This document shows positions 1-13,100 of a DNA stretch of 64,000 bases, in pieces. The stretch is from NCBI GenBank assembly GCA_963693365.1, contig CAVNZM010000012.1:1984001-2048000 (forward strand), written 5' to 3'. How positions within the stretch are numbered: the stretch's first letter is position 1; each line of letters begins with the position of its first letter. The notes beneath the pieces are model-generated. The model was not told the origin of the DNA, did no database searches, and was given only the letters and a program-made list of their open reading frames with translations. The stretch comes from Amoebidium appalachense. Its lineage: Eukaryota; Protista; Ichthyosporea. The position numbers and the translations under genes were made by a program.

Positions 1-15
1 ATCAAAGGAGGGGGT

Positions 16-37
16 GATTGGTGGTGGTGGTGGTGGT

Positions 38-74
<37 letters not shown>

Positions 75-144
75 CTATAGCACTGTTAACACGTGCAAGT
101 GCCACACAAGCTGGGCACTGGGAGAGGGGGGGGGGAGGGGAGAA

Positions 145-177
<33 letters not shown>
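16..177. repeat. (GGT)n and poly-G tracts
   Basis: Direct reading. Further poly-G/poly-C tracts lie near 1105-1180, 2581-2625, 3929-4051 and 4396-4451. Confidence 0.95.
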
Positions 178-178
<1 letters not shown>

Positions 179-316
179 GCTAAGGAATATGCATTTGATT
201 TTTGTGGAGCGAAGAGAAAAACGTTGGTGCTGTGGCTTTTTGGCTGAGTTTTTTGCTTCCCTCTATGACATGCAGCGCGGCTTCATGCAAAGGCACTCGG
301 TGAAGGGGTTGAGATT

Positions 317-1104
317 GTGCCCCGGCGGGGCCCACATGCTGCAGCAGCCACCGGGGTGGTGCTGGCTGTGCAGCCGGAGCGCTGGGGGGGCATGAAGGTG
401 GGCAAGAAGCATGCAGTGGTGCGGGTGGATCAGGTGCTGTCGCCGGCCATGCAGGTGCCCTTTGGCCCCGACAAGGGCAAGACCCTGGGAGAGCTGGGCC
501 CGCCGCCCTTTGAGCTGATGGTGCACCTGCAGTGGCTACGGCCCATTCAGCCCCCACCGGACCCAGGTGCCGAGGTGCCGGTGGTCCCTGACCCAGCCCC
601 TCCCCCTGCCGAGCAGCAGCAACCCCTTGCCGGCCCACAGGCACCCCCCCAGGACCCCCAGGCAGCCCCGGGGGGCCTTGAGGCAGCCCCAGGGGGACCC
701 GAGGCAGCTCCCAGAGAGGGCATGTTGGGCCAGGCACCGCCTGGGGAGGTGGTGTGGCAGACTGTGCTGAATGACGCCTTCCACTCCATTGCAAACACGG
801 CGGACGGCACGTACAAGTCACACCCCCGCAGGGCTGAGTACGCACGCGCACTCAGCGAGGCAATATTTGTGTGGAATGAAGAGGATTACGGACATGTGAA
901 GGTGCCCCCCCCTCCCCCCCCCCCCCCAAAATAAAAAATAAAAAATAAAAATAAAAAAAACGGCAACAACAACATGCGTGACTGACGCGCACACACACAT
1001 ACACTCGTTAGCACACACTCACCATTCCACCCACAACCATGCACACCTTCGACAAAACTTCTGAGGGAAGAGAGAGAGCCTGAGCCTCAGAGAGAGGGGG
1101 GCAA

Positions 1105-1171
<67 letters not shown>

Positions 1172-2498
1172 GGGGGGGAGGAGAGTGGGGGTTATTCATA
1201 TGCCTAGAGAGAAATAATGTAGGGTTGTGGGGGGGAAAGAGCCACATGCATTTTTTACTTGTGTTGGGGGAGAAGATGGGGGGGGTGGAGGGGAGGGGTC
1301 CTACAATAACGGCAGGTATCAAAGTCTACCAAACCCAAATTGCAGTGTGCGTAGTAAATTAATATTGGCATCCTGCCTCACAGGGGGTGCCAATGGCGTG
1401 ATGGGCGGGCCAGAGGACTGTGAGGTCGAGGAGGGTGACGGTGCTGCCATGGGGGGGGGCAACCAGGTGGCGCGTGGTGCACCACAGCCGGACCCTGCAC
1501 TGAGGGGCGACTACAAGTTCCTGGCGCAGAAGCAACATGTGGCCATCCCCTTCCTTCCGGTGCTTACCCCTCAGGAGCGCAAGCTATTCAGCACGCTGCT
1601 CCTGGGCACCTACAAGGCACATGCAAAGCCCAACGGCCAGCTGTTCGAGGCTTTGGCCCAAGACTTCAACAAGGCTGCCTCTGTGGCTGGGGGAATCTAC
1701 ATGAAGGATGCGGCCTACATCAAGAAGCATTTCGACAAGTGGAAGACCTGGCAGACGGCACATGCACAGCGCTCCACACACGAGGGCCTGGCAGATCACC
1801 GCAAGCGTATGCGCGAGGAGAGGGCAGACGCTGTGCCAGCAACCATACGGCCTGCCCCCTTGCCACCCCTCCCTGTTCCAGACGGTGTCGATGCAGGGGC
1901 GCAGCGTGAGCGGCCCTTGCCCATGCTAGTGGGCAAAAAGCATCGCAACATTGGCCCTGAGGGGCCCCTGCAGATGGATTTGCCGGTGCCCCCTCCTATG
2001 CAGCCACCCCAGAGAGCCCCCAAGACCTGCAAGACGTGTGGCCGCCAGGGCAAGGGCTGCCCCGGCTCCAATCGGGCCAAGAGCTGCCCACGTTGGGTTG
2101 CAGCCAATCAGGATGCCATGCCACCAGCACCCGCGCTTGACATGCAGCAGGGCCATGTGCCGCACATGCCCCCTGCACCCCATCCAGGCCCGCACCACCC
2201 ACATGGCTGGCCCCCACCGTGGGGCATCATGCCGCCTCAGCCCGGCCCTGCCTTCCCCATGCCTGGGCTACTGCCGCAGCACGGTCCCCATCCTTACTTG
2301 GGCCATGTGGGCCAGCCCTCGGCTGGTGGGCAGTTCCCACCCCCTTCTCGTGCATCTGCTGTGCTGGGCCTGGCGTTGCCACCTGCTGGAGAGACGCAGC
2401 TGCAATGGCACGATCGAAAGCAAAGTAATCGTGGCCGCAAGTCTGCAGGCAGCCAATCAGGATCTCAGAGTAGTCAGAGTAGCCAAACTAGTGTCTAA
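317..2498 (+). pseudogene. Fragmentary intron-containing gene resembling large DUF6729-associated, putatively transposon-derived proteins; central part apparently missing
   Basis: ORF 317-934 has VLNDAFH...HPRRAEYARALSEAIF. ORF 1227-2498 has YKFLAQKQ...LPVLTPQERKLF...IYMKDAAYIKKHFDKW and a CxxC-x5-CPG-x6-C tail. These motifs are recalled from that family, not searched. Donor AAG|GT at 902 and acceptor CAG at 1383 are out of phase and separated by poly-G. Confidence 0.35.
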
Positions 2499-2577
2499 TA
2501 TTGGAATGTACACCAATGTAACGGATCTCATATGTGTTGTAGTGCTTCAAGTTATACCTGTTCTTCGTACAGTCATG

Positions 2578-2624
<47 letters not shown>

Positions 2625-2928
2625 CTAGCTTTCATTCCGAAGTTTACTGTAAAGAATTAAAATTTAGAATCTGAGTAATAGTACAGAGCCTTTGCACTTT
2701 TCTCTGTTTGTTAGGAATTCTTTGTGATCGAGAGTATGGTGTGTTAGACTATTGGTGTTAATGTGTCCTGGAAGGTGTATAATGTCTGCTGGCCGTAGTC
2801 AGTATCTATTTTTAGGTATATAGTATATTTTTAAATGTTGGCCGCTGGCCAATAAATAGCAAATAATAAACACACGATAAAGTCAACAGCGTGCCAAAAA
2901 ACTAATCCCCAGCGAGCGCACCCAGTGA

Positions 2929-3142
<214 letters not shown>

Positions 3143-3927
3143 TATGTGTGGTGTGGTGTGTGCGCGGCTTGTACATATGTACGTGTTCATGTGCACCTGT
3201 GTCGGACCTACGAAGTACATGAAAGTAAATTTTGACAGCATCGATCTGCCGGTGTGTATGTGTATGTGTGCCAGTGCAGCAGGTGTGCCTTGTAACTGAT
3301 AGCTTCGCATTTTACGTGTGTGTATATATAGTAGTACGCATAGACACTTGCTGATCATTCGGATCGACATTAATATTTAATCTGTCGGTCCTCGGTTTTT
3401 TGAGTGAATGATGATCAAGTGTAAGAGCATTCACTTGGCAAGTATTAATGTTGCAGAGGCTAGCTGCAGCTGCAAGCGTCGGATGCACACTGACAATTGT
3501 CTTTTCAGCGAGTCTAACCTGCAGGCAGCAGCTGCACACATATAGGGTTGTTATCTTGCGGCACATGCACGGTGATCATTTCAGAGTAATAGAGTTCAGA
3601 GCAATGAAAATAATGAAAATAACTAAACTTTGTGACTACTTTAAAGTTGCTGAGATCATACGTGGTGCAAGCTGCACTATGAACACATGTATAGTGCTAG
3701 TAATTAATACATTTTTGTTGCCTTCTGCAGGGTTATCGTAGCTACGTCACGGCCTGCACTCAGGGGGGGGGGGAGGGGGGGGGGGAGAGGGGGGATGATT
3801 CGAAGGGGGTATAAATAAGAACATGCAGCTAAAGGTCTTTCCCGTGGATCCTCCCCCCTCCCCCCCCCACCTCTCCCTCCCCCGGGGCCCCATACTATGA
3901 TATCTAGGCCCAATATTATATGCCCCT

Positions 3928-3962
<35 letters not shown>

Positions 3963-4363
3963 CCTCTCCGGATCCCCGGACCCCACTTCCCTACCCGGAG
4001 GCTCAAGAGCTCCCCCCTTCCCCCCCCCTCCCCCCCCCCCCCCCCCCCCCCAAGGCTTACGGGGGCCCTTCTTCATCGAGGGGGAGGGGGTGGGGGTGGG
4101 GGGGGGTGGGGGGTGGGGGTGGGGGGAGGGAAGTGGAAGGCGGGGGTGGATGCATGTCAGCCTAGGTGAATTCAATTGTTTAACTCCAGTGTGCAGGACT
4201 GGTCTGAAGGCTTAAGAAAACAACGAGGAAATGGGGTCCAGTGGAGGTGGTGGTGGTGTTCTGTGTGTGTGTGTACACGTGCACGTATGTGTGTGGTTTT
4301 TCTAAGGGGTGAGTGGTGGTGGTGGTGGTGGTGGTGGTCACCGTGGTGGTGGTGTGTGTGTCT

Positions 4364-4452
<89 letters not shown>

Positions 4453-5446
4453 TAGAAAGAAAAACTGCTCGTGGGTCACTGTTTTTCGTCACTGTATTTG
4501 TAACGGGCCGCTCATATTTATATAACTACTTTAATTTAAGTACACGTGTTCATTATCATATACGATGGCCAAATATAGAAATTTTGGCGTCGAAGTTCTT
4601 GGAGCTAAAAAAACGTTTAAAAGGGGGAAATAATAGCTTGGCCCCAAATTTACCTTGCCGTTTTTAGCGAATGTATTTTTTATTCATGAGTTCTAGTGAT
4701 TCAGTGAGTGCACGTGCCTGCCTCAGGCTGATCATGACAACTGCAACACACCATTCCTACATGGATATCAACCAAAAGAAAATAGTATATACTGTGGTGG
4801 TCTCCTAAACCTTGTGCGGCATGCGCATACATGATATTACAGTGACGCATGTGCATATTATTGTTCTGTACACCGGAGTGTGCCGGTGCACGTGGCTGTT
4901 TTGTGCACATGTTACAATAGCAGCACGATCTCCCTAAACTCCATGTTTACACATCCCTCACCCTGGCTCTGCCTTGTCGGTGCTCCAAAACACACATACA
5001 AATCCCCCTAGACTCAGTGCCTGCACATGGTCGCATTCACGTGCAGGTCACGTGACACATGCGATGCCATACTGCCGTCTACAGCAACAACCACGGCAGC
5101 ATGTATACCGGCCCAGCACGAAATATACTTATCGGCAGCCCACTGAACTCGCCCATTTTCTCTTTTTCATGTATGTCCCTCCTTTTTTGTAAAATCACCC
5201 TTTTTGGCCTCCCGGTAGTGGATTTTGCAGGATTTGACTTCTTTGAGGTCCAAAAACCTCAAATTTTCCCCGGCGGGGCCGGGGAGGGAGAATTCAAAAA
5301 TTGCCCGCTCCTGATATGGTACCCGGGCCCAAATCGGTACCGATTTGGCTCACTCTCGGTAGAATCACCCTAAACTGTAATGTATATGCGCCATATAGGC
5401 GGATCCCCCCTGACCACGTAAAAACAATTCATGTTATGTTCAAATA

Positions 5447-6306
5447 ATGGCACTGCACGATTCTATGCAAGTTGGTGCACAATATGTTGGCTTTATTGAT
5501 TGGAAAACTGCTTACGATTCTGTCTCCCCTGGTCTCCTATGGGAAAAGCTTGCTGCACGGGGTGTACCACACTGCATTGGTGTTCTGTTAGAAGCACTCT
5601 TGTCTCAAACCTATGGTAGAGCTGTGGTTAATGGGCATCTTTCACATGGTTTTGCTCGTACTAGAGGTCTCTTGCAGGGTTCATTGCTTAGCCCCTTTTT
5701 GTTTAACCTATTTATAGATGATTTGGCTGTCAAGATTTACGCCGAAAACGATGACCCTATTAATAACTTTCCGCCTGCACTTCTCTATGCTGATGATCTG
5801 TCCCTCCTTGCCCGTACCCCTAGACGCCTGCAAAGATTGTTCGATGTAGTGTCAGAGTGGTGCAAGGCAAACCTTATGATCCTTAACATAGACAAATGTG
5901 GTGTTCTTGTACCTGATATAGCTAACAATTTACACACATTTACATTATCATCTAAACCTGTACCTATAGTTCCAGAATACAAATATCTTGGTGTTCCGGT
6001 TGATTCTGTTGGTGTTATGTTTCCCCATATGGTCGAAAAGAGGGTAGAGTTGGCTCGTAAGCGGTTAGCTTTCTTCTCGGCTAATATTTTTAAAGACACA
6101 CCCCTCCATCCTTCTATTAGACTTACATTTATTCGCACTTTTGTCTTCCCGGCATGTGAATATGGTTTACCCCTTCTCGCCGCTTGGATCAAGAAAGAGA
6201 GAACTAGAGCGCTTAAACCCTTGGCAAATTTCCTTGAAGCAGAAGTTGCCTCCTTTCTATCTAACAACTGTTGTAAACCTGGGCCTGTAACGCTCTCGAT
6301 ATATGG
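5447..6306 (+). pseudogene. Non-LTR (LINE-like) retrotransposon reverse transcriptase, 5'-truncated and interrupted by virus copy A
   Basis: RT motifs FIDWKTAYDSV, GLLQGSLLSPFLFNLFIDDL, LLYADD and YKYLG. AT-richer than flanks. The frame runs into the viral terminus at 6307. Confidence 0.9.
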
Positions 6307-6768
6307 ACTACATTAAGGGGCGCGGCACCCCACGTTAGTGACGTCACAAAGTGTGACGTCACTAACGCAGGGTGGCGCACCCCTTAGGATATGGCAGATA
6401 TGCATATGGGATATGGCGATATGCAGTATGATATGGGTGTATATTGTGATTAGGATATGGATATGGGTATGGATATGTACAGGAGCACGTGCACACACTG
6501 TGTGTGTGTGTGCATAAACACGTGCAGAGCACGTGGATTTAATTAAAATATTAAAGGGAAAACGTGTCATGTGTGCGCGTGCACGCACGCGCACATGCGA
6601 CACGTACACAGTTCTGAGATCAAAGGAATGCGACAGTGTGCACAAGGCGGCCAATGAGAATTCGAATTCCGAATTCCTTGTACAAGGCGGCCAATAGTAA
6701 TGCGGATGCACAAGGCAGCCAATGATAATTCAGTTCCAAAAAGCCAGTTGCCGCACAAGGCGGCCAAT
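6307..6768 (+). repeat. Left terminal inverted repeat of copy A (462 bp)
   Basis: Matches copy B TIR apart from one extra TG unit and a few substitutions. Confidence 0.93.
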
Positions 6769-6986
6769 CGGAGTTCAGGTTGGCACATTTTGGTTTAGGC
6801 GGCCAATAAGGACACAGAGATTAAGGATTTCGGTCCTCATTGGCCACAAGCGCACCCAGCATGTCGCCGCTGTGTACATAAGCATCCGCACACAGGCAAC
6901 ATCACACCAAGCAAACATGAGCCATACGTACACAGTTGAGGTGCACACCACAGTCACGTTCACCACACCCCCCAAACAACAGCAAA

Positions 6987-7534
6987 ATGGTCAAGCCAAC
7001 CCTGCTGCGTCAAACGACTGGTCTGTCCACCGTCAAAAGGACCAGCATCGCCGCGGCAAGCAGTGGCAAAGAAAACACCAACAACAGTGAGGGGCCCAAG
7101 ATGGTGCAGTACAAGGAGGTGTTCCTCAACGGTGTGGGCAAGGCCACCATGGGCGCACCCTGGGTGATGAACGGCGTGTTGGCCGTGCAGCTGTACAACC
7201 TGCCCAACATCAACATCAACGGGCAGATGCTCATCGAGTTGGTCCCCAGCACGGTTGCCTGGGATGCCAAGCCCACCATTAGGGTCAAGTCGCAACACCG
7301 CCCTGAGCCCTTTGAGGTGGCCTACGCCGTTGACCTGTGGCCCTACGTGTGCAGCATGGCCAGGGACGTGTTGTGGATGCACAAGGACCACGAGATGCTC
7401 AAGGGGGTGGACGTGGACACCGTGCCTGTCAAGACCAGCAGCAACCTGTGGTCCAGGCACACCCCCAGCCTGTACGATGTGCTGGGTGCCGACCCCGTCG
7501 GCAAGGAGGACATGGTGGAGGCACTGGGCGGCAC
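6987..7534 (+). pseudogene. Copy A ORF1, 5' part (split by Gypsy element)
   Basis: Near-identical to 15519-16065; continues at 45144. Confidence 0.9.
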
Positions 7535-8144
7535 TGTAAACATCTGTACACGCCGTACATGTTTACTATTACGAATATACTGTACATATCATAGTGATCA
7601 CGTAGATATTGTGTACATATGATCAGATCAATATCACACGCGACAGCCGCGGGCTGCGGCTCACGACTGAGCCGCGGCGCCGGCAATATGCAGTGGCCGT
7701 GCAGTCAGTATGAACCAATAGAATTCGAGAACCGCTAGGATAGGAATGCAAGTCTCATCCACTACGGAGGCGACATCTATAGCTAAACGAACGGAACCAA
7801 TAAGGAAATCAGACCCAGTTGCATAAACCTAAACGGGCTTAAGTATTGACCAATCATTTGCCACAAAGTTATCCTTTTAGTTAGCTTCATGTTATTGGTG
7901 CACTGTGTGCACATAAAGACGACCGCACTCTTCTGACTGGTCAGAAGTCACGAAGGCATCAATGCCACCCATCCAGATGATCTGGAACCTGGGGGCTATA
8001 TAAACAAGCCGTCCCAGTACGGGGGATCACTCTGAACGAGCACATTAAATAGTAACCTGGCCGCGTGTGCCTTACTACCCGTTCTCTGTCTTTATTCTGA
8101 TTCAGTTGTTCTCTGCCTTATCCCAACTAGTTCAACTGTTTACA
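7535..8144 (+). repeat. 5' LTR (610 bp)
   Basis: TGTAAACA...TGTTTACA; direct repeat of 44529-45138 with one substitution noticed (7983 T vs 44977 C); TATATAAA at 7997-8004. Confidence 0.97.
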
Positions 8145-8145
8145 T

Positions 8146-8162
8146 TGGCGACCGCGCAGTTC
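8146..8162 (+). promoter_or_regulatory. Primer-binding site TGGCGACCGCGCAGTTC, probably tRNA-Arg
   Basis: TGG one base after the LTR; complementary to a tRNA 3' end ...CGCGGUCGCCA. The tRNA identity is inferred. Confidence 0.8.
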
Positions 8163-8196
8163 CAGAATCTCACATCTTTCAAGAATCTCTTCAACC

Positions 8197-10196
8197 ATGG
8201 CGGGCGAATTTGACGACTACCCTGTACTCTCGGACAATGAAAGCAAACTGACACGTGACACCAAGAAGCCTACCGCAGTCAAACCGCCGCCCCCAACGCA
8301 GAAGAAAGCCAAGACTCCGGGGCAGGGCACGAAAACACTCCCCACCCCTCCCCCTACACAGCCTCGTGCTCCCCAGAAACCGAACACGATCACAAAACCC
8401 AACACACACACGAACACAAAGGCAACTACGAAGCCCACTGGCAACGAACAAACGAAGCCCAACGAAAGCACGAAACCCAAAGACAAAACGAAGCGCAACG
8501 AACACACGAAAACCAACGAACATACGAACACCAACGAACACACGAACACCAACAAACACACGAACGAACTTCAAGTAGCAACGAAGGAAAAAACGAAACA
8601 AGACCGGGACACTGCCACAGCTCTGGCAGAGGTGCGGGGCCGTGTTCTCTCCAAGTTCTATCGTATTGAAACTCTGAGACGTGCCATTCAAACTGCAATC
8701 GATGCTGGGCGGCCTGTGATGGACCTCGAAGCTGATGTCGCGCAGATTTACAGTGAGATTTCGCAGATGGAAGACACCACACTGTCTAGAATGTTGTGCA
8801 CGTCCGCGAAATGGTCTGAGTTGGAGCGGGAAGCACAGTTGGTGGCTGAGGCACGTGTGAAAAATACGACGGTGCCCACCACCCCCCGTCCTCCCCCACC
8901 CACCACAGGCAAGAAGCCTTTGTCCCCGGTCCCATCTGGGTGCACTGATCCCAAGGTAATTGCACCTCCCGCACCCCCCACTAAATTTACATATAAGGAT
9001 GTGCTTGCGCGCACACTCAGCTACACTGATTCTGATGCTGAAAATGAAGAAAAACACGAACAAAGTTACGAAGACACACCCACAAACGAAAACGAACACA
9101 TGACTGCGAAAGTGCATGAAGAAGATCACTTCGACCAGCCTAAAGCACCCGTATTTAACGAAATCCCCCTTGCAGGATCCCCTCTGGCGTCTGCAGGTGG
9201 ACTGGCAGGCACGCCAAGTCGCCCGAGAGGCTCTGATGTCAGCACAGGCTCAGGAGGTAAGGCTGGGTCTATATTGAACAAGCACTTTGCAGAGCACGAA
9301 AAACTGTGGTTGCACCCTCTCCGCCAGTTGCATGCATCCGAATACGGCCCCATCTTGGCTGCATTGAAACTACCAGAATACAAGGGTGACTTGCAGGATA
9401 AATGCACGGTGATTGAATGGCTGCACGAATTTTCCCAGCAGATGTTTTGCATTGCAGGGGTCCCCCCACACTTGCTGTTCGCTGGGCGGTGCAGTGCTTT
9501 CCTCTTGCTTCCCCCGCCCGTGTGTGGTACACGAATTTTACCAGGACACAGGGAGAACTCACGTTTGATGCATTTGCACATGCACTAGTTACGAAATTTC
9601 ACGACCAGCGTGTGCAAGAGGCACTCAGTGCCGAATTAAATGCACTCAAACAAGGCAAGCAAAAGGTGGCCGAATTTGCAAGCAGGCATGCGCGTTTGTG
9701 GGCACGTGTGTACCCCCTTAAGTCTGAGGCACACCAAATTTTGGATTTGTCTCACCGATTGGGTGGGGAAGACGAACAAGAATTTCGCAAATATCAACTC
9801 AGACAAACACGAAAAGAAGAAGAATTGACCCTGTCTGGAGTTGTTGCCTATCTCGCAGAAAAAGAAAGAGACAGGCACACACGAACCCCATCCACCATTC
9901 TAACACAGAAACCCCCCACAAAACAGCAACCCGGTGGTGGATCTGGTGCCAGCGAGAAGCCGTCTATTTTTTCGCGCATGGGCACCACCCCCTGCAACCG
10001 TGGGTGCAAGTACGGCAGCCACGCCGAAGGCAAGACGTGCCCGGCCCTCAAATTCGAATGCCACTCCTGCAAGCAGAAGGGGCACTTTGGGGGGTCACCA
10101 ATTTGCCCCAAGTACGACCCCAACTTTAAGAAGGGAACCCGCAAGGCAGAGATTGAGGCTAATCGGGCCAAGTTCAAGAGAGCACGTGTAGAATAG
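8197..10196 (+). CDS. gag: Gag, in two overlapping frames (8197-9588 and 9417-10196; -1 shift near 9440-9490)
   Basis: LPEYKG..IEWL in frame 1; capsid-like ARVWY...LKQGKQKVAEFASR and zinc knuckles C-x3-C-x4-H-x5-CPA-x4-CxxC-x3-GH-x6-C in frame 2. Confidence 0.85.
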
Positions 10197-13100
10197 GAAG
10201 GCGGGCAAGGGACTGGTCTCTCCCCAGTAGAACATAATGTATTTGATTTAATAGCAGAGCTGGAACTGTGTTCCCCTCTGGCAGATAAATTGCAAAATAA
10301 ATCTACTGGTGCGGAAATTTCTGTTGTCTCGGAGCCCTCCGACGAATCTGCATGTGCCCCACCCCCCCACGAACAGTTACCCCCGTGTACTGACCCCCCC
10401 ATGCACACGCACACCCCGCCCCCGCGCAAAAAGAAAAATGTGCATTTTGCTGACCGTGTGCACTCCTCCATTGCAGAACCACGGCATGAAAATGCCACTG
10501 TGTGCACATTAACCCACGAAAATAAATGCACAGCCACACTTGCGCGAATGTATGTGCATGGGAAGCTAGTCACAGTAGTTGTCGACTCTGGTGCTAGCCA
10601 TAGCTGTATAAGCACAGCATTTTACGAATCTCTCCCTGTAGTGGCAAGAAAACGAATTCAGCATGTTCCTAATTTTAGTGTACTGGATGCACAAAGTAAC
10701 GAAATGACATGCCAAGGAAGTATATCTCTCACTCTCGCCATTCCCAACGAATCTGCTCTAGTGGTGCACAGATGGCATGTGATTGATAATCTACCATATG
10801 ATGCCTTATTAGGTGTTGATTTCATGGGGCCACAACAGGGACGAATTGATTACGGTGCTGCAGAACTTTCGTTCATGTATGCTAAGGGAAATCGCAGGTG
10901 CAGTATTCCGGTGTGGTGGTTGCGTGGGAGTGCGGAGGAGACAGCTGTTTCTCGCGTATTAATTACCACCACAGGTATTCACCTCCCGGTAGATGCGTCA
11001 AATATCGCAACGTGTAAAATAAAACTCGCTGCCGGCGCACCACCACCACGAACTTTAGACTGTTGTATGGGCACAGTGGTTCCATGTGGTCCACTTAATT
11101 CACGGGCTTACACAACAGCATGCAGTGTCACCAGTTTAGCTCGAATTTCGAATAACGAACCCCCCCTCTCCACTAGCGAAGAAAGTGTGATCGAGGACGA
11201 ATACGAATGCAAGGTGTTGTTGACTAACACATCGGACCATCATGTGTACCTAGGCCCTGGTACGGAGGTGGCCATGTTTATTCCCTTGCAATCAGATGAC
11301 ACTGTTACTCTTTTAGCACGTCCACACTCCGGTAATGGAACCAGGAGGGCGACAACCCCACACCCTGGCCATCCATTAGGTACCTCTGCTAAAACGAACT
11401 TTTCTTCGCAGGAATCAACCGAAGAACCCACCGAACACGAACCACACACTTTCCAGGCGGCTACTAATATTAACGGTAGTATTAAGGTGTGTGAACGGAG
11501 TAAAATTATGAATATGAGTACGAAAGAGAACACCACACAGCGCAGTTCCACGAAAATGAATGGTTTTGGTAATCCAGCACGAACAAAACCAGAGGTAGGG
11601 CCACCTACTATCGAAGCAGCAGATGGGGCACCATCTACCACTGCACTGGAGGATACGAATAATTTACGAAAGCGTACGCACGAATGTACCTCCGACGGGG
11701 AAGCCGCCACAGACGACGACTTGCCTTTTGGGGTCAAACCTCCAGAAGAATACGACATGCCTGGAACTCCCCCAGACCAACGGAAACCGTTGGCGAAACG
11801 GATACGAAAACTGCTTAAGAAATGGAAGCATGTGTTCTCTGCACACGACAACGACTTTGGTTTGAGTACCTTAGACGAACTGTCGATCGAAGTAACTACC
11901 ACCATACCACAGTACCGCAGGCCCTATAACATCCCACATCACCTTCGCGATAGCCTAAACAAACAAATTCAAAATTGGGTAGAGTTTGGAGTGATTGAGC
12001 CTGCGTCCAGCCCTTACTCCGCTCCGATGGTGTTGGTGGCGAAAAAGGACGGGTCTTTAAGAGTCTGCATTGATTTTAGAATGCTGAACTTGATTACGAA
12101 GAAAGACGGTTACCCTTTACCACGAATTGACATGGCTCTGGGTATGCTCAGAGGTGCCCGCGTGTTTTCCGCACTTGATTTAAACGGTGGTTACCACCAA
12201 GTCAAAGTAGCCGATAACGACAAAGAAAAACTTGCATTTACCACCCCCTGGGGGCAGTATCAATTCGCACGCGCACCTTTTGGAGTAAGTAACATGCCTG
12301 CTGTCTTTTCAAGGATGATGAACCGTGTATTCGCTGGTATGCTGTGGACACATGTACTCATATATCTCGATGATATATTAGTTATGTCACCCACTATCGA
12401 AGAACATTTTGGGCATTTAGATTCATGTTTTTCCCGGCTCTGTGATGCAGGATTAAAACTGAAAGGCAGAAAATGCTCTTTGTTCATGGAAGAAGTTGGC
12501 TATTTAGGCCATCGCGTATGCCCGGATGGTATTAAGGTAGACCCAGAAAAAGTGGCAGCAATAAAGAATAAAAGCTACCCACAAAATTTATCTGAGCTAC
12601 GAAGTGACCTCGGGTTATTTTCATATTATCGAATATTTGTGGACGATTTCAGCCATACGGCTGAACCACTCACGCGAATGCTGGGCACCTCGAAGGAGGA
12701 TTCAGAATTACTAAAACGAATTCACGCAAAAATGCCCCCCTCTACGAAACCCGCCAAACGCAACGGCAGCGCAAAACAACGAAAAGACGAAGCAAAAAAT
12801 TTGCATGCCGATTCTGCAGCTATTTTGGCCACGAAAAAGAAAGCACAGAAAAATGCTGCATGGGTGTGGGGTACGGAACAGGAGAAAGCATACGATACCC
12901 TTAAGAATGCGTTAATTAATGCACCTGTGCTTGCTCACCCCGATTTCACCAAACCTTTTATTGTTGACTCAGATGCTTCACAGTATGCTCTGGGCGCAGT
13001 GATTTCGCAGGTAGGTGATGACGGCAAAGAACGACCCATAGCTTATGCTAGCAGAACACTCTCTAAGAGTGAACGAAATTATGCGGCGAATAAAAGGGAA

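Noticed and set aside
9417-9588. Programmed -1 frameshift within gag
   Set aside because: It would split the capsid domain and I saw no convincing in-frame slippery heptamer. Nearby G4/C6 runs make a mutation or read error more likely.
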